Shown here: one piece after another, positions 36,708 to 52,126 of the stretch
Position numbering within the stretch: position 1 is the stretch's first letter
How the letters are laid out: every line of letters begins with the position of its first letter
Assembly: GCA_002104905.1 (NCBI GenBank)
Contig: MCFE01000525.1
Location: 1 to 61,995 of the forward strand
Length of the DNA: 61,995 nucleotides
Source: Basidiobolus meristosporus CBS 931.73
Lineage: Eukaryota; Fungi; Basidiobolomycota
Direction of reading: 5' to 3'
Program-made: the position numbers and the translations under genes
The notes under the pieces: generated by a model
The model's input: only the letters and a program-made list of their open reading frames with translations
What the model was told of the DNA's origin: nothing
Database searches by the model: none

Positions 36708-37490
36708 TGTCACTCCACCTTTCTTGCTCAAGCCAACTCGAGCTTTTAAGCCGCATCAGAGAGAATAATCCAATTAGATCACGTGTGGAAAAATAAGGCA
36801 TTTAGGTGGAATAATACCCAGATCTTTATTTAAACCAGTTTCATCGCGAGCAGATGTGGAATCAACCATGGTGCTAGATGAATCTTACCATGATTGCTAG
36901 CCCAAACAGGATTAAATAGGGACGCAGCACAGATCGCGGTAATAGAAAGCGATAGCAATGAAAGGCATGGCATGGCATATGGTATATGGTATATATATAA
37001 CCCTAAGGATGGCAATGGACCAAAGTGGAAAATGAGCACTCACCTGCCCGCCTCAAGAACGCTGTACCTAGTATGAGATAGGAGAAATGCAAAGCGAGAA
37101 ACGCATACTTTTACCCAGAACGCAACCCGTACCTTCATAAAATATTCTAATGGTTTCTTTCTATTGTTTGTTTAAAAATAATATATGGTGCCTTAAGAGA
37201 AAACATGGGAACATCACCAAAGTGGCAGACGACAGAAGGGAAAATTATATCATGTAAGTGAAATTTAAGCGAAGAATGAATAAGCATCGTAGCGAATCGC
37301 GAAACATCCCAGCATTTTTGAACTCCGAAGTCGCGAGATCCATGATCAAGCAGGTGTGGTAGCTGTGTGGCAATATCATTACAAGTGAAAATAACGTTCC
37401 TACTTCCATTCTCGAAACATTTGGTCGTAGGAATTATAAAAGACAAAAAACAACACAATAGCGGCATGAATGGATGAACAACCAATTGCA

Positions 37491-39671
37491 TTAATTGGAT
37501 TTTTCTTCAGCCGGCTGTTCTGAGTCACGCTCTTCGGGTTCGGCTTCATTTGATGCACCCGCATCGGCGGCATCCGTTGGTGCTTCCTGCGTGCCTTCTG
37601 GTTGTGCGCCTTCTTCGCCTTGTGGGTAGGCGTACCCTTGTTGTTGATAGTATTGTGCGTAGTACTGTTGATAAGCATCAGCATACTGGCCGTACTGCGC
37701 ATAATAGTTGGCATATTGCGATTGATCATATTCCTGGGACGGGGCAGCCGAAGCACCGTTCTCGGCGTTTTCTTCACCCTCTTGTCCAGAGCGTTCAGCA
37801 GTTGCGCCAGTGTAACCGGATTGATCGTATGCGGGGTAGCCCGGATATTGGGCAGCAGCAGCGCCGTCCTGGCCTTCTGCACCAGCACCAGCACCAGCTT
37901 GCTGTCCTGGATAGTAGCCGTAGCCACCTACAAATTTGTTAGTCTAAAACAATCAGTAGATTTGCAGTACTGTGGGATAAATACCAGCTGCTTGTCCATA
38001 ATTCTGATAATCGTAGTATCCATAGTTGTAACCAGCTTGGCTGCTAGAACTGTAGGGATCTTGGGTATAACTCTGGCTATAGTCATCAGATTTGTCGCCA
38101 TGGCGACCACCTTTGCGCTGTGGGGGGGGGGAGATTGGTATATCAATATATTGGACCTAACAAAGCTTCACCAGCAAAGACTTACATTGCCAGATGTTCT
38201 TTCGTAGATAAGCTGCTTGGCATATCCTACGGAATCAGGGGAGCCTGATATGAAGATGTTGCGCTCAGGTCCTGGAGCCCCACCAGTAACTTGCTCAATT
38301 TGAATCTTGGCGCCAGATTGCTGTTGAAGCATTTTGATCGTTTCACCACCTTATTTGCATCTTAGATAATGAACAACGGGAACGCGCGTAAACTCGAAAA
38401 TACCTTTGCCAATCAATAGGCCTACGGTGTCATTAGGGACTTGAATGGTCACATTCTCATAGTTTCCACCATATCCGCCAGCACCATAAGGGCCACCGAA
38501 GCCTTGGCCTCTCTAATAGTTGCATCCAATGAGTAAAGAAACCCTTAGACAGATAAAAACCAGTACATACACCACGGTAAGGATCACCGCTGATTACTTC
38601 TTCGATCAAGGCTCTGGCTCTTTCGATGGCGAGCTCGTCACCAATAACACTAACAGGTCGGTCGTGAGAGCTAGGATCTCTGGCAGAGTCGGGAGTAACG
38701 GTAATGCGAGCACCGCTTCGTTCTTGAAGCATTCTGATAGTTTCACCACCTTTGCCAATGACCAGGCCAACCTTGTTGTTTGGCACATTAATATATACAG
38801 TACTCTGACCGGGACCAGCACTGTGCCTGCTGCCATATCCACCTCCACCACCGGCCGCGCGGTTTGCTCTAGATTCCTCAATGGTTTGGAGAATCATATC
38901 CTTGGCTTTTTCGACGTCATCCGGCAACCCAATAATGGTAACCTTACGCTCCGGATCAGAAGGAGCGTGGTCTGCATTGCGAGAGGTTAGTATGAAGCTT
39001 CATAATTCATGGCATTCGATCAGAACCAGCAACACATACCTTGTGAGAATTGTACTTTGACCCCCTGTGCTCTTTCAATCCGTTTGAGAGATTCGCCTCC
39101 TCGGCCGATTACCAGTCCAACTACAGAGCTAGGGATACTAAACTCGATAGATTCGGTTCCACCACTAGGTCCATAGGAAGATCCCCCTCTTCTTTCTTCG
39201 CTACCTAAGCCATATCGCGGACGAGAATCTGGACAAAGTTGAGGAATAACAGTGGAGGAACATACACGAATGAGTAGGTGAGTAAGTAGTATTCATTATA
39301 AGGATACTGTCTGCTCTATCATAGGCTTGTCTTTTAGAATCGTGACCATAATCTCCATAATCTCTTCGATATTCGCCTCCATCGTAGTCACCTCCTCTAT
39401 TGTATCCATATTGTTCATGATCTTCATCATAACCGCGTTTGTTTGCAGAGCCATGATCTGAATCTAACATGTCATGGTGCGAGGTTTAGTAGAGGAACAG
39501 GAATACGAGCTCAACTGAAGATCCAACAAGGTTACCTTTTTTAGAAGAATCGGCACTAAGTTTGGCAGCAATAGCTTTCGCCTTCGCTAAAGCATCCGAG
39601 AAGTTGACCCCCGAATTCCCACCGCCTGAAAGGGCGCTCGGTGGTGGTACTGCGTTGTAATCTTCCGACAT
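37491..39671 (-). CDS. FUBP/KSRP/PSI-like KH-domain nucleic-acid-binding protein, multi-exon
   Basis: N-terminus MSEDYNAVPPPS...FSDALAKAKAIAAKL resembles FUBP1. Three KH motifs (VGLVIGRGGE, VGLVIGKGGE, VGLLIGKGGE) and Tyr/Gln-rich C-terminal repeats. Confidence 0.85.
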
Positions 39672-40376
39672 ATTGAGGACCAAGGGGACGTTTTGGTGTC
39701 AACCGTAATAAAAATGAGAGTCCGTATCGGATACCTTAATCAAAAAGTAGACATTTTTTTTTTCTTGGATATTTACATAAAGGGATATTTTAAACTTGGT
39801 CTACCCAGATATCAGCGAATCGACATGGTCACGTGATAAGTCGTCATCCTCGCGACCATCGCCCTTGTGGAAGACGTTCACGGTGGCATGCGAGCGGTGG
39901 TCGTTGAGGATACGATAGCTCACATTCCTATCGAGCAGAGGAGAAGCATTCCGAAGGGAAACAACAGGCAACGGCGGTTTGTATTTGCAGTGGATCTCGA
40001 GTGCATGTATGCAATGCGTCACCAATATTTCACACAAGCGATCGCGTACCTGCAGGTGTAGAATTTCCTCGGACGGCCATTGCGGGTAACCAAGGAAAGC
40101 GGTGTTTTGCGATGATTAGTCACATGAAATACTTAATTAATTTCAGTTCATTGATTGATTCGCCATCAGCGCTCTAACAATTACATGTCGGAGTGTAGCC
40201 CATATATCATTTTGTTTTTAATGTTCCAGCCGTATTTTAATGGTCAATATAAACAAAGCCATGATATATCAAGATAGGATGTCACAATCTCCATCGCTTC
40301 AATTTGTTTCTGTTTTGGTTTCTTACAATTCCTCCGTTTCTGTTGCTTCCTACGCTCGACCTTCTCACCATAAGCT

Positions 40377-43299
<2,923 letters not shown>

Positions 43300-43690
43300 T
43301 CAGCATGATGCCCCGCTTCTTATCGTTGTCTGCCACCAGCATCATTTCACACTTTTATAACTGGCTAGCCGCTTCACATACATACATGTCAACTATAGCC
43401 ATTTGATGCTGCTGTTAGAATATTTCATGGTTGTTCAGGGTGGATCGCGAGCATCCAGGATTCCTTCACAGCCGAGTTCCAGTGAAGAGAATATTTATTT
43501 CCATGTAAACATTTTTGCAATAAATCGATTGACCACACGCTCAGGAACTTTGCTGATTTCCCAAAATCACCCGGGAAAAATTTCGGTCGGAACCAAAACA
43601 ATCTCCATCTGATCTGGGAATTGGCCGCATTTTATCTTTGCTTCGGTTTCGCAGAGTAGTGCAGTGTTGCTGGAAGACAGACACCTAACC

Positions 43691-46600
43691 ATGTTCACGA
43701 CACCTCGCACGACCCTTAGTAAGAGATCTCTCCGTGCTCCACCGGAGAATCCGATCGGTCGAAGCATATTCTCAACCACCACCCGTTCCTCTCAAAATCC
43801 ATACACCAAACCTACCGCCAACAATCCAAATGAAACAGAGGTCAAGCCTAGATCCTCTAAGGGAACTGCTCCACAACGCGTTAAAAAATCCCTTCGCACA
43901 CTTGAGATCGAGAAACCCTTGGTGGACGCTCTGTTGACAGAAAGCGCTCAGAAGACTCCCCAGGTTCTCTTGAAGAGCGACAAACATGCAGTGTCTGTAT
44001 TGGGGGTGCTCCCAGCCGAGATTGCTGGATTATTTTCAGGTAAGAGCTTGTTTTTGATTCGGACGCGTGACTTTCGATTAAGCCAGGTGATGGATTCAAT
44101 AGGAGAGGGGTGTCCACTGGAGTGCTTTTACGGCTCCCTGGATGTCAACTCTGGCTACGCCATTGTGATCACGCTGACCGATTGTTACGTTTGGTCGTAT
44201 AAGCAGGTAGGTGAAATCCTTGGAAACCCCGCGGTTCGGACCTAACCTCAATCTTCTCCCAGAAATCTTCCCCCACCATATATACTTTCCAAATGCCCAA
44301 GCTCAACTTCTCCTCACAATTCCTGTCGACCAACGAGATCATTAGAAATCTGCCCTTCGTCAGCATTGTCCCCGTAGCAGGCTCCAAAGAGGTGGGCATC
44401 CTCGCTTGTTCCCCCGAAGGGGAGTTTAGATATTGGGAGTCGATCAGCTACGGGCTCGCCAGTTCCCAAAAGCACAGGAGTATGCGAATTTACTTGGCGG
44501 AGCATGAGCGAGGAACGTGCTTGGCCAACTGCGAGGTAAGTGTCTACGCGCAGGATACAAAGGTCCCATGATTGACACTTTCCCCATCAGCCGGCCGGAT
44601 TTGTGTTCGGCACTAGCGCATCGAATTTGTACCGTATCTCTCTGACCAATTCAAATGGACAGCCTGCATTGTCCTACTCCCCCTTATCTCGCCCACTCGG
44701 TGTGTTTGCGCGCATGGGGTCATTGCTGGGCTATAATGGAGGCGGCGAGTCCACCTCCACCGATCCCTCCTCAGAGATCGTGTCGGTGTGTGCTGGCGCC
44801 AGCCCTGAAGGCAGACATTCCAGGTAGAGGTCGCTTTTCTGAGCTCTCACGTAGTCTAGTTGATAATAACCATATCTCGTCGAGCAGAGACATCTATGTT
44901 CTCACCAACCAGCATCTACAGAAGTGGACCATCTCCAAGGCATATCCGGAAAAGGTAAGTGTTTCCGAGGGCTCGCGGGGATACCAGAGGTTTAACGAGA
45001 CCCAAATTCCAAGGATATCACGGAGCGGGATGTGTTGAAAGATATCTCGGCAATGCTCGACTCCCACCCCATGTTCGCGCAAGCCTCAGACTTGGTGGTG
45101 GATTTGCTGGATGTCCAGTATTCCAGGTAGGTCCATCCCAATACCTTGCCTTGCTTTCGTGACGCGCCATTCATTTCGGAGATCTAGGGAGGATGGAGTG
45201 ATCGTCCTTGTTTCGCTCACCATCGACCAGGAAACCGTATCTATGTTCGGACTGTTCTCGTTCGAGCTTGACGGCACCTCCAACCAATTTGTCCTGACCA
45301 GCCAAAAGTTCTTGAAGCACAAGAACACGCTCTTTGCCGGGGTGACCTCCAAGCCTCGCCTAGCATTGTCAAATGGCGGACCGGCCGCGTTCATTCTCTT
45401 ACCTGAGTGCATTGTTGCCACCACCATACTGAACGCCGATTTCGAGGAAATCATACCTTTAAGAAACGCCTCCACGGATCGTATCATCGGGTTTGGGTTC
45501 GACGATACCAAATTATGGAGCAGAGAAAGAGCCGCTAGTGGCAACGTCCTCGCGCTTTGCACACAAAGTGGGATCCTGGATGTTTCGCTGGATATGGAGA
45601 AGATTGGTGAAATGGAGGAGCATGACGTGCCAGTCAAGAAGGAGGTGGAGTTGTCGGACGAGCAAAAGAAGCAGGCGCACCATGTTAAGAGTAAATTGGA
45701 ACAGGCGGTGTTTTTTGGAAGCCACGAAGAGAACCCGCTTTTGTTCAATCTCTCGCGGGACGCTGACCTGGGCCTTGACAAGGCCGCGGTGAAGCTCAGC
45801 GAGGAGATCCTCCAATCCAAGTCCAAGTACATCCCCGCCATTATGGAGGTTAAGATGCAGTTGCAGGAGAGATTCAACCGTCTGAACAACATTATTCAAT
45901 TCATTCGTGAGAGCAATCTTCTGCACAAGCTTTCCATCTCCGCCAGGTATAAGCTGTGCTGGAATTGTGAGAAAATGGCCTCTGCATTGGACCTATGGTA
46001 CTATCAAAACACACTGCTTAGCCGTGGACAGAGGCAGCCACATACCCTACTTCTCACCAAAGCCATCGAATCCTGCCTCCGCTCCCTTGGTGCACCAAGC
46101 CAGGAGGATGCGACACGAACCTTCTTCCGATTCCACACTTCCGAGATCGGGCTTCTTCCACAGCACATCAGTGAACTGCTTCGTCGTCTGAAGGTCGAGC
46201 AATCCGGAGAGAGAAACCTCTTGACCCATGAGGCAAACAAGATCTTCCTTTGTATATTCAAGTCAGCCTATGCCTACCGAAGAGACCACTCGGACGCCTA
46301 CGGATTATGCGAGCGCGCCCATGAGGAATCGTGGACCAGCAAGAACGCCTACCTCGATATAATCTACGCACAATATCAACTCACTGAGAAGGCCATCAAG
46401 GAGTTCAATCGGGATTTCGGAGCTGGTCAGCCCGACCACTTTGACATGAATGTTGACGGTGAGATTGATGCAACTGAATCGTCCCATGCGTTGTTGAAGT
46501 CCTTGAAGGATCAGCTTTGCGAGCTGGCCGATGTCTTGTTCCAGGTGTTCACGGAGCGTATCGACTATCTCAAAGGGTAAATTCCTGTAGAAGCCAAGTA

Positions 46601-48204
46601 GTGCGAGGCAAGTAATAACTTCTTTTATTGTAGCAAAAACGACGCACCCGCCCTCGCTGCAGCCCAGGAAAAATATGAGACTGTGCGCCCTAAGGTTACC
46701 CTTCCTTTAGGTAAATGAGCTGCCTAGCATCATCCTCGGGGTTTGTTGTACTCACCAGCCTTCTACTCTCAAGTATCTATGGATCGAACGGAGGTTGCTT
46801 TCCAATTGGCCGAACGCTACCAGGACTACAAGACCCTTGTTCTGCTGAGTGTTAATCTTGGGGAAGAGTCCCAGGCGAGAATCGACTACTACATCAATTT
46901 GTTCAAAGAGCCCTTTGCGTATGAGCTGTACTCCTACTACCTCGAGAACGGCCAGCTTTACCAGCTCATGAACCAGAAAGACTTCTACAGCGGGGCGCTC
47001 CACGAGTTTTTGGAAAACGGCGGACACACCCACATCTCCTGGCTTCACGACATCCATATCGGAAGATACACTCAAGCTTCCAGCAAGCTCCTTCAGGAAA
47101 CTGTCGGGGAGAAAGAGAACCTACAGAAGAAGGTAATTGACCCCATCCCCAGCCATACGCCTCGAGAATGCTAACTGATTTGCACCTAGACAATGCTCAG
47201 CCTGGCCAAACTATCATATCTAGCCTCTGTGGATTCAACCAACCTGGACTCGGAACAGGTCCAGGGATCGCTTGAACGTAAGCCACATCACTAAGACGAC
47301 ATCCCTTTGAATTCAACTAACAAGGCTGCCGTATCTCTAGAAATTGACGATACACTCGACCTGGTTACGGTTCACGAGGTTCTTCAAGAGTCGTACCACA
47401 GCATTTTGGAGAGCATGGACAAGGTCCCCAAGAAGATAGACGACAGAATCCTCAGCATCTCCGCTATCAACACTGGCGATCTCCGCGAAGCCAAGCCGGC
47501 GATGGAGCAGCAGTATCGACAATTGGTCAAGAAGATCATGGACGGTCAAGTCTTGGACTCGGAGTCACTGATCGATGTTTTGACTTTACCCCAGAACCTG
47601 GATAACCAGGTGGACAATTACAGAATTGCTCTGGGTGTCTACCGAAGAGCCAAGGACATCCCACAAGATAGAGCGGAGTACGTGCTCCGCACCATTTGGA
47701 GAAGAGTAATCCTTCGAGACAGGTAATGCAATAAGCTGATTGGTGCGGCCATTGGATGTCACTAACGTCCTGCCTAAGCTGGGAATACATCCACAAGCTG
47801 TCTGCGCACGCCGGTGACGATGAGCTCCTCGCCGCACTCAAGGACACGGCCTTGTATTGCACATTGGTGGCTGCCCATGATGGAGGTAAGCGGGCGAAAT
47901 CAACCACAAGCCGACCTCGACTAACTTCCTGCCCTTTGCAGAGTATCCCGCGGACATGTATCTTCAGCCAGCAGAAACCCACTTCCACACCTCCAAAGAG
48001 GACCTGATCGCCAGGTTTGTCGGGATGTTGGAGCACCAGGTGGAGCTGCTGATTCAGGATTACCAAGCAGAAAACCGCCAGCTGGACACTAGCATCACGC
48101 AACATAACCTGCTCGGGTTCTACAATGAGATCGTCCGATTAATCCAGACCGAGATGGCGAGCGACAAGTCCGCGGATATGGACATGGATATAGAAACAGA
48201 TTAG
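43691..48204 (+). CDS. NUP133: Nucleoporin Nup133, multi-exon
   Basis: Disordered TP-rich N-terminus, beta-propeller region (CSPEGEFRYWESI) and helical C-terminus (AFQLAERYQDYKTLV, ISWLHDI, LSLAKL). Confidence 0.85.
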
Positions 48205-48291
48205 GCACTCACCCACTCTCTCGACGCTTTATTAGTATAGTATTATCGGCACTCACCCTCTCTCTCGACGCTCTATTAGTATAGTATTATC
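48204..48291 (+). repeat. 44-bp tandem duplication at the NUP133 stop/3' UTR
   Basis: GGCACTCACCC(A/T)CTCTCTCGACGCT(T/C)TATTAGTATAGTATTATC x2, with 2 mismatches. Confidence 0.92.
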
Positions 48292-48540
48292 GTATAATGA
48301 GGTTTTTACCGCCCCCAGACTTTTCCCTGACTTTTCACTGTAGAATTTGCTGTGCAGTGTCTTTATGTATGTTCCAGATCACATAGAAATCAATTCTCCC
48401 GGAAGATGCGGTTAGAAATAAATCACATTCAAACGGGCAAGGCAGTTGGGCCAAAGTTTGGTAGAAAAAAAATTCGATGAAATTCTCTATAAGGGTGGGC
48501 GTGGAGTTCGCTGGCCGATGCATAGAACATACACCACCAA

Positions 48541-50114
48541 ATGCCCAGAGACGAAATCCCCTCGGAGCCTGACTCGCTTCAAGAGGCCGTTTCCTCCGAT
48601 TCGGAGGAGTCTGTCGCGAACTCCGACGAGTTCCTAACTGACAGTGAAGAGAATCAGGCAGAAACCAGCTACCCCCAGATCGATCCCGAGAAACAATAGG
48701 AGTTGAGAAAACGGATTCTCAGCATAACAAGCGATCCAAGCATCCCCGCCCCCCTGAAAGCTACCAAGATACAGGTGAGTCTTTCGCCCGCTCCAAACAA
48801 CCTCCTCCGGTGTTTTTCAGAACTCGCCTCGCTTCTCTCGTGGAAGCGGGTAGATGGGAAAAGGCAAACGGCAGGAGACGATCGGTTTCTTGGTCGCTGA
48901 CTTGTGTCAAATATCATAGGAACTCATGACCTCGGAATGGAAGAAGAAGCAGCCAGTTCGGGCCAAGCGAAAGCTGGAGAACGAATTGTCGGAGGAAGAC
49001 CTTCGAACAACCTACCACGTACGTACCCGTACCCCGGCTGCACCCGTCTACGAGTGCGGTGCTAACGTTTCCACACAGAACGAAGAGAAGTCTATCCTGG
49101 GATGTAAACACTATCGAAGAAGCAACAAACTCAAGGCCAACTGTTGCGGCGGCTGGTTCACCTGCCGGTTTTGTCATGATGAGGCATCGGATCATCAGAT
49201 AGTCAGGTAACGGTGGAGTAAGATACCCAGCAGACATCGCCCGCTAAACAACGTTCCCTTAGAAACGAAACGAAGGTCATGATGTGTATGTACTGCCAGG
49301 CCGTGCAACCAGCCGCAAAGCGCTGCGCAAACGAGAGCTGTGGCAAGGAGATGGCGCGATACTTTTGCCCGCAATGTGTCCTCTGGGATGACACACCAGC
49401 CAAAAGTATATACCATTGCTCGGACTGCGGGATCTGCAGAGTGGGCGAGGGGCTAGATATCGACTACTTCCACTGCGACAAATGCAACGTTTGTATGGCC
49501 ATAGAGCTGAAGAATCAGCACAAATGTATCGAGAGAAACCTGGAAAGCGACTGCCCCATCTGTGGCGAATATATGTTTACTTCGACAACCACCGTCATAT
49601 TCATGGTAGGGATCAATCAATGAATTGCCCCGGCCCAGTGCTAACCCCCAGTGCTAACCTATTGTCAAAGCCTTGTGGCCATTGCATACATTACGCGTGC
49701 CATCGCAAGTATATCCGAACGTCCTACCAGTGCCCCACCTGCCTCAAGTCGCTTGGGGACATGACCCAGTACTTTCAAAGCCTAGATGCCCTGATGGAGT
49801 CCCAGCAGATGCCGCCGCAATACGAGAACGACCGCTCGGTCATTCTATGCAACGACTGTGAGCAGAAGAGCATCGCCAAGTACCACTTCCTGTATCACAA
49901 ATGTGTTTGCTGCAAATCATACAACACCAAGACCATCAAAGTGCTGAAAAACGAAGAGGAGCCGAAGCTCACCGCTGGCGCCGTGTTCAACGCAGACGGC
50001 ACGGTGACTCTACCTGCGAACAGTCATCCTATCCACGCTGCTCCCAACGAAAATGAAATGGATTTGGCCTATGGAGACGGGGTGGAGCCGGAGTCTGAGC
50101 AAGGGCGCCCTTAA
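48541..50114 (+). CDS. RCHY1: RCHY1/Pirh2-like CHY zinc finger RING E3 ubiquitin ligase; exon 1 interrupted by TAG at 48697-48699
   Basis: CHY finger GCKHYRR...CCGGWFTCRFCHD, CTCHY YHCSDCGICRVG, RING CPICGEYMF...PCGHCIH...CPTC, and zinc ribbon CNDC...YHFLYHKCVCCKSYNT. Start uncertain (48541 or 48926). Confidence 0.9.
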
Positions 50115-50990
50115 ATGTTGGCCTGCCACCTTTCCCCAATGGACCATTCAGTCCGCCATTCGCCATCTCCTATTTCTCAACATTCCCATCGTTTGCGTGC
50201 CGGACATTCCGATCGTTTGCGTGTGGTGTGTGTACGGGCTACAGAACTTTCCCATCGTTTGTGTGTCCCATGGCCAACCAACATCCCACCACTGGCCTAA
50301 TTGCATGAGAAATAAAGTTGGCCATTTCGCCAGGAGAGACCAATTGAGACAGCACAGCTAGGCACGTTCTAGAATGAACCTGAGCTTTATACTGCCAAAT
50401 ACACGACGAATCAGACCGAAGGCTGCTGATTCATGTAGCAACCGATAATTGCTAGAACGGCAGGCCAATTGGTTCGTCTACTGACAATTCATGCAGCGGC
50501 ACCAAGCAAGCAATTCAGTCCCTCGCAATTATGACAAAACGGGAACTTACGTGTTCGGCACCAATGTTAGCCCAAGTTGTCTTGGTGATCGACCGCCAAC
50601 CAAATCGCCGCTCTTCTGTCGAGAACAAAACAGAGAACTAGCACTAACCAAAGGGATGCCACCGCAATCAGCTGAGGTTTCAGAAACCATCTTACTGGCG
50701 AGAGGATGTACGCTAGCAATCCGATGAGTTGTTTACTGGAAAGTGAGCAGCCGTGCCGATGATCCCGTTTCCTCGATGATTTGATAGGCTGCTTGTGGAT
50801 TGAGGCCTCTTAAGAGAAAGTAATCTTCGGCTTGGGTTTAGTTTCGAAAATCTTCAAACAACGTTTGATCTTGCTTCATCCCGTTACTTGCCTTCCTTCC
50901 ACCCACGTGAGCGTCCTTTACCACCTTGAGCGTTAGAAAACAGGGTCAAGCCTCAGCAAGTTACCAAGGTCCCTACTACAAGAGAGCACC

Positions 50991-51816
50991 ATGGACTTTA
51001 ACAGCATATTCAGTATGCAATTTATCAGTCCCAAAGAGGCGTTCGATTACTGCCAGCAGCTGGCTCGTGGTTGCGGCTTTGGCATACGTAGACGGACCTC
51101 GAAAGACTCCACCATATACATAGTCTGCTCCAAGGAGGGCAAGTCCGAATACAAAGGCACGACCTTCCGGGTCCGGAACCGAGTCTCCGAAAGATGCAAT
51201 TGTGACTGGAGGGTAGTGCTGTTTCTCAGCAAACGGAAACTTTGGGAGTTCAAGGCGGGGAAATGTATGACCCACAACCATCCCTTGGCGATTCACCCTG
51301 AGTACGTATCACGCTAATGGCGGCAACGGTGTATGCGTATCCGCGGGTGAGAATGCCCACTAACCTGGTTTGCACTTTAGCTACGCGAAGAAAAGAATGA
51401 AACTGGAAGGAGCTAGATTTGGCCTGGACGTTACCATGTCGGAGAATGAGGAGTCCCCGGTGAAGAGTGGTAACTCGGCAACCAGCTCTCCGCCTTTTCA
51501 CCGGACTCCCCCTCCCTCGCCACCCGAAGTCAACCCTCAACTCATGCACACCATTGCACCCAATCGTGGACCCCATCACTTTGTTGAACATAGTCGGCCG
51601 GTCGGATGTATGGGCGGGAAGAACTTCCACCCAGTGGTGAATATGCCGACGAGTTTCCGGCAGCTTCTGCCCAATTCGCGACATGCCAATATACAGTCAC
51701 GGTTTCCGTCCCTTGGAAAGCCTACAACCTGTATACAGCATCATGTAGAAGTCACACAATCCAACCAGGAAAGCTCCGATCACCCAGACAATGTAGAGAA
51801 TCCATGCAAAGGTTAG
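50991..51816 (+). CDS. FAR1/AFT-like (WRKY-GCM1 fold, Mutator-derived) zinc-finger DNA-binding protein, ~248 aa, intron 51302-51380
   Basis: F.S..EAFDYCQQLARGCGFGIRRRTS...IVCSKEG...SERCNCDWRV...HNHPL, then a basic NLS-like YAKKRMK and a Pro/Ser-rich tail. 3' end uncertain. Confidence 0.75.
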
Positions 51817-52126
51817 ATCCAGTATTTTCCAGGCGATTTTCACTTGCCTAAAATAACCAGGTTCGTCTGATACAGGTGTACAAAAGGCTGCATTGCAATT
51901 CATCTTAAATTAGGCCATTTGTAATCTATCGTGTAGAATGTATTTTTATTCTCTCCAGCCCCGTCAACACTCACCCGACCCTTGCCCTCATTTTCCTCAC
52001 CCATCCTCTAGATGCCTGCTTTTGTATTTTACGTAAGAAAATAAACCGTGCATTTGACGGGTAGTTGGTTGATTACGTAATACAGGTTTATTGAGAATGG
52101 TTCATGTGAAATATACTTCTATCGAG

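Noticed and set aside
37400-38990. ORFs 37400-37927(-), 37602-38207(+), 38520-38990(+)
   Set aside because: Off-frame or antisense readings of the low-complexity KH gene exons.
40055-40075. Minus-strand GAGGAAATTC resembling RNase P/MRP CR-I
   Set aside because: No CR-V partner sequence found downstream.
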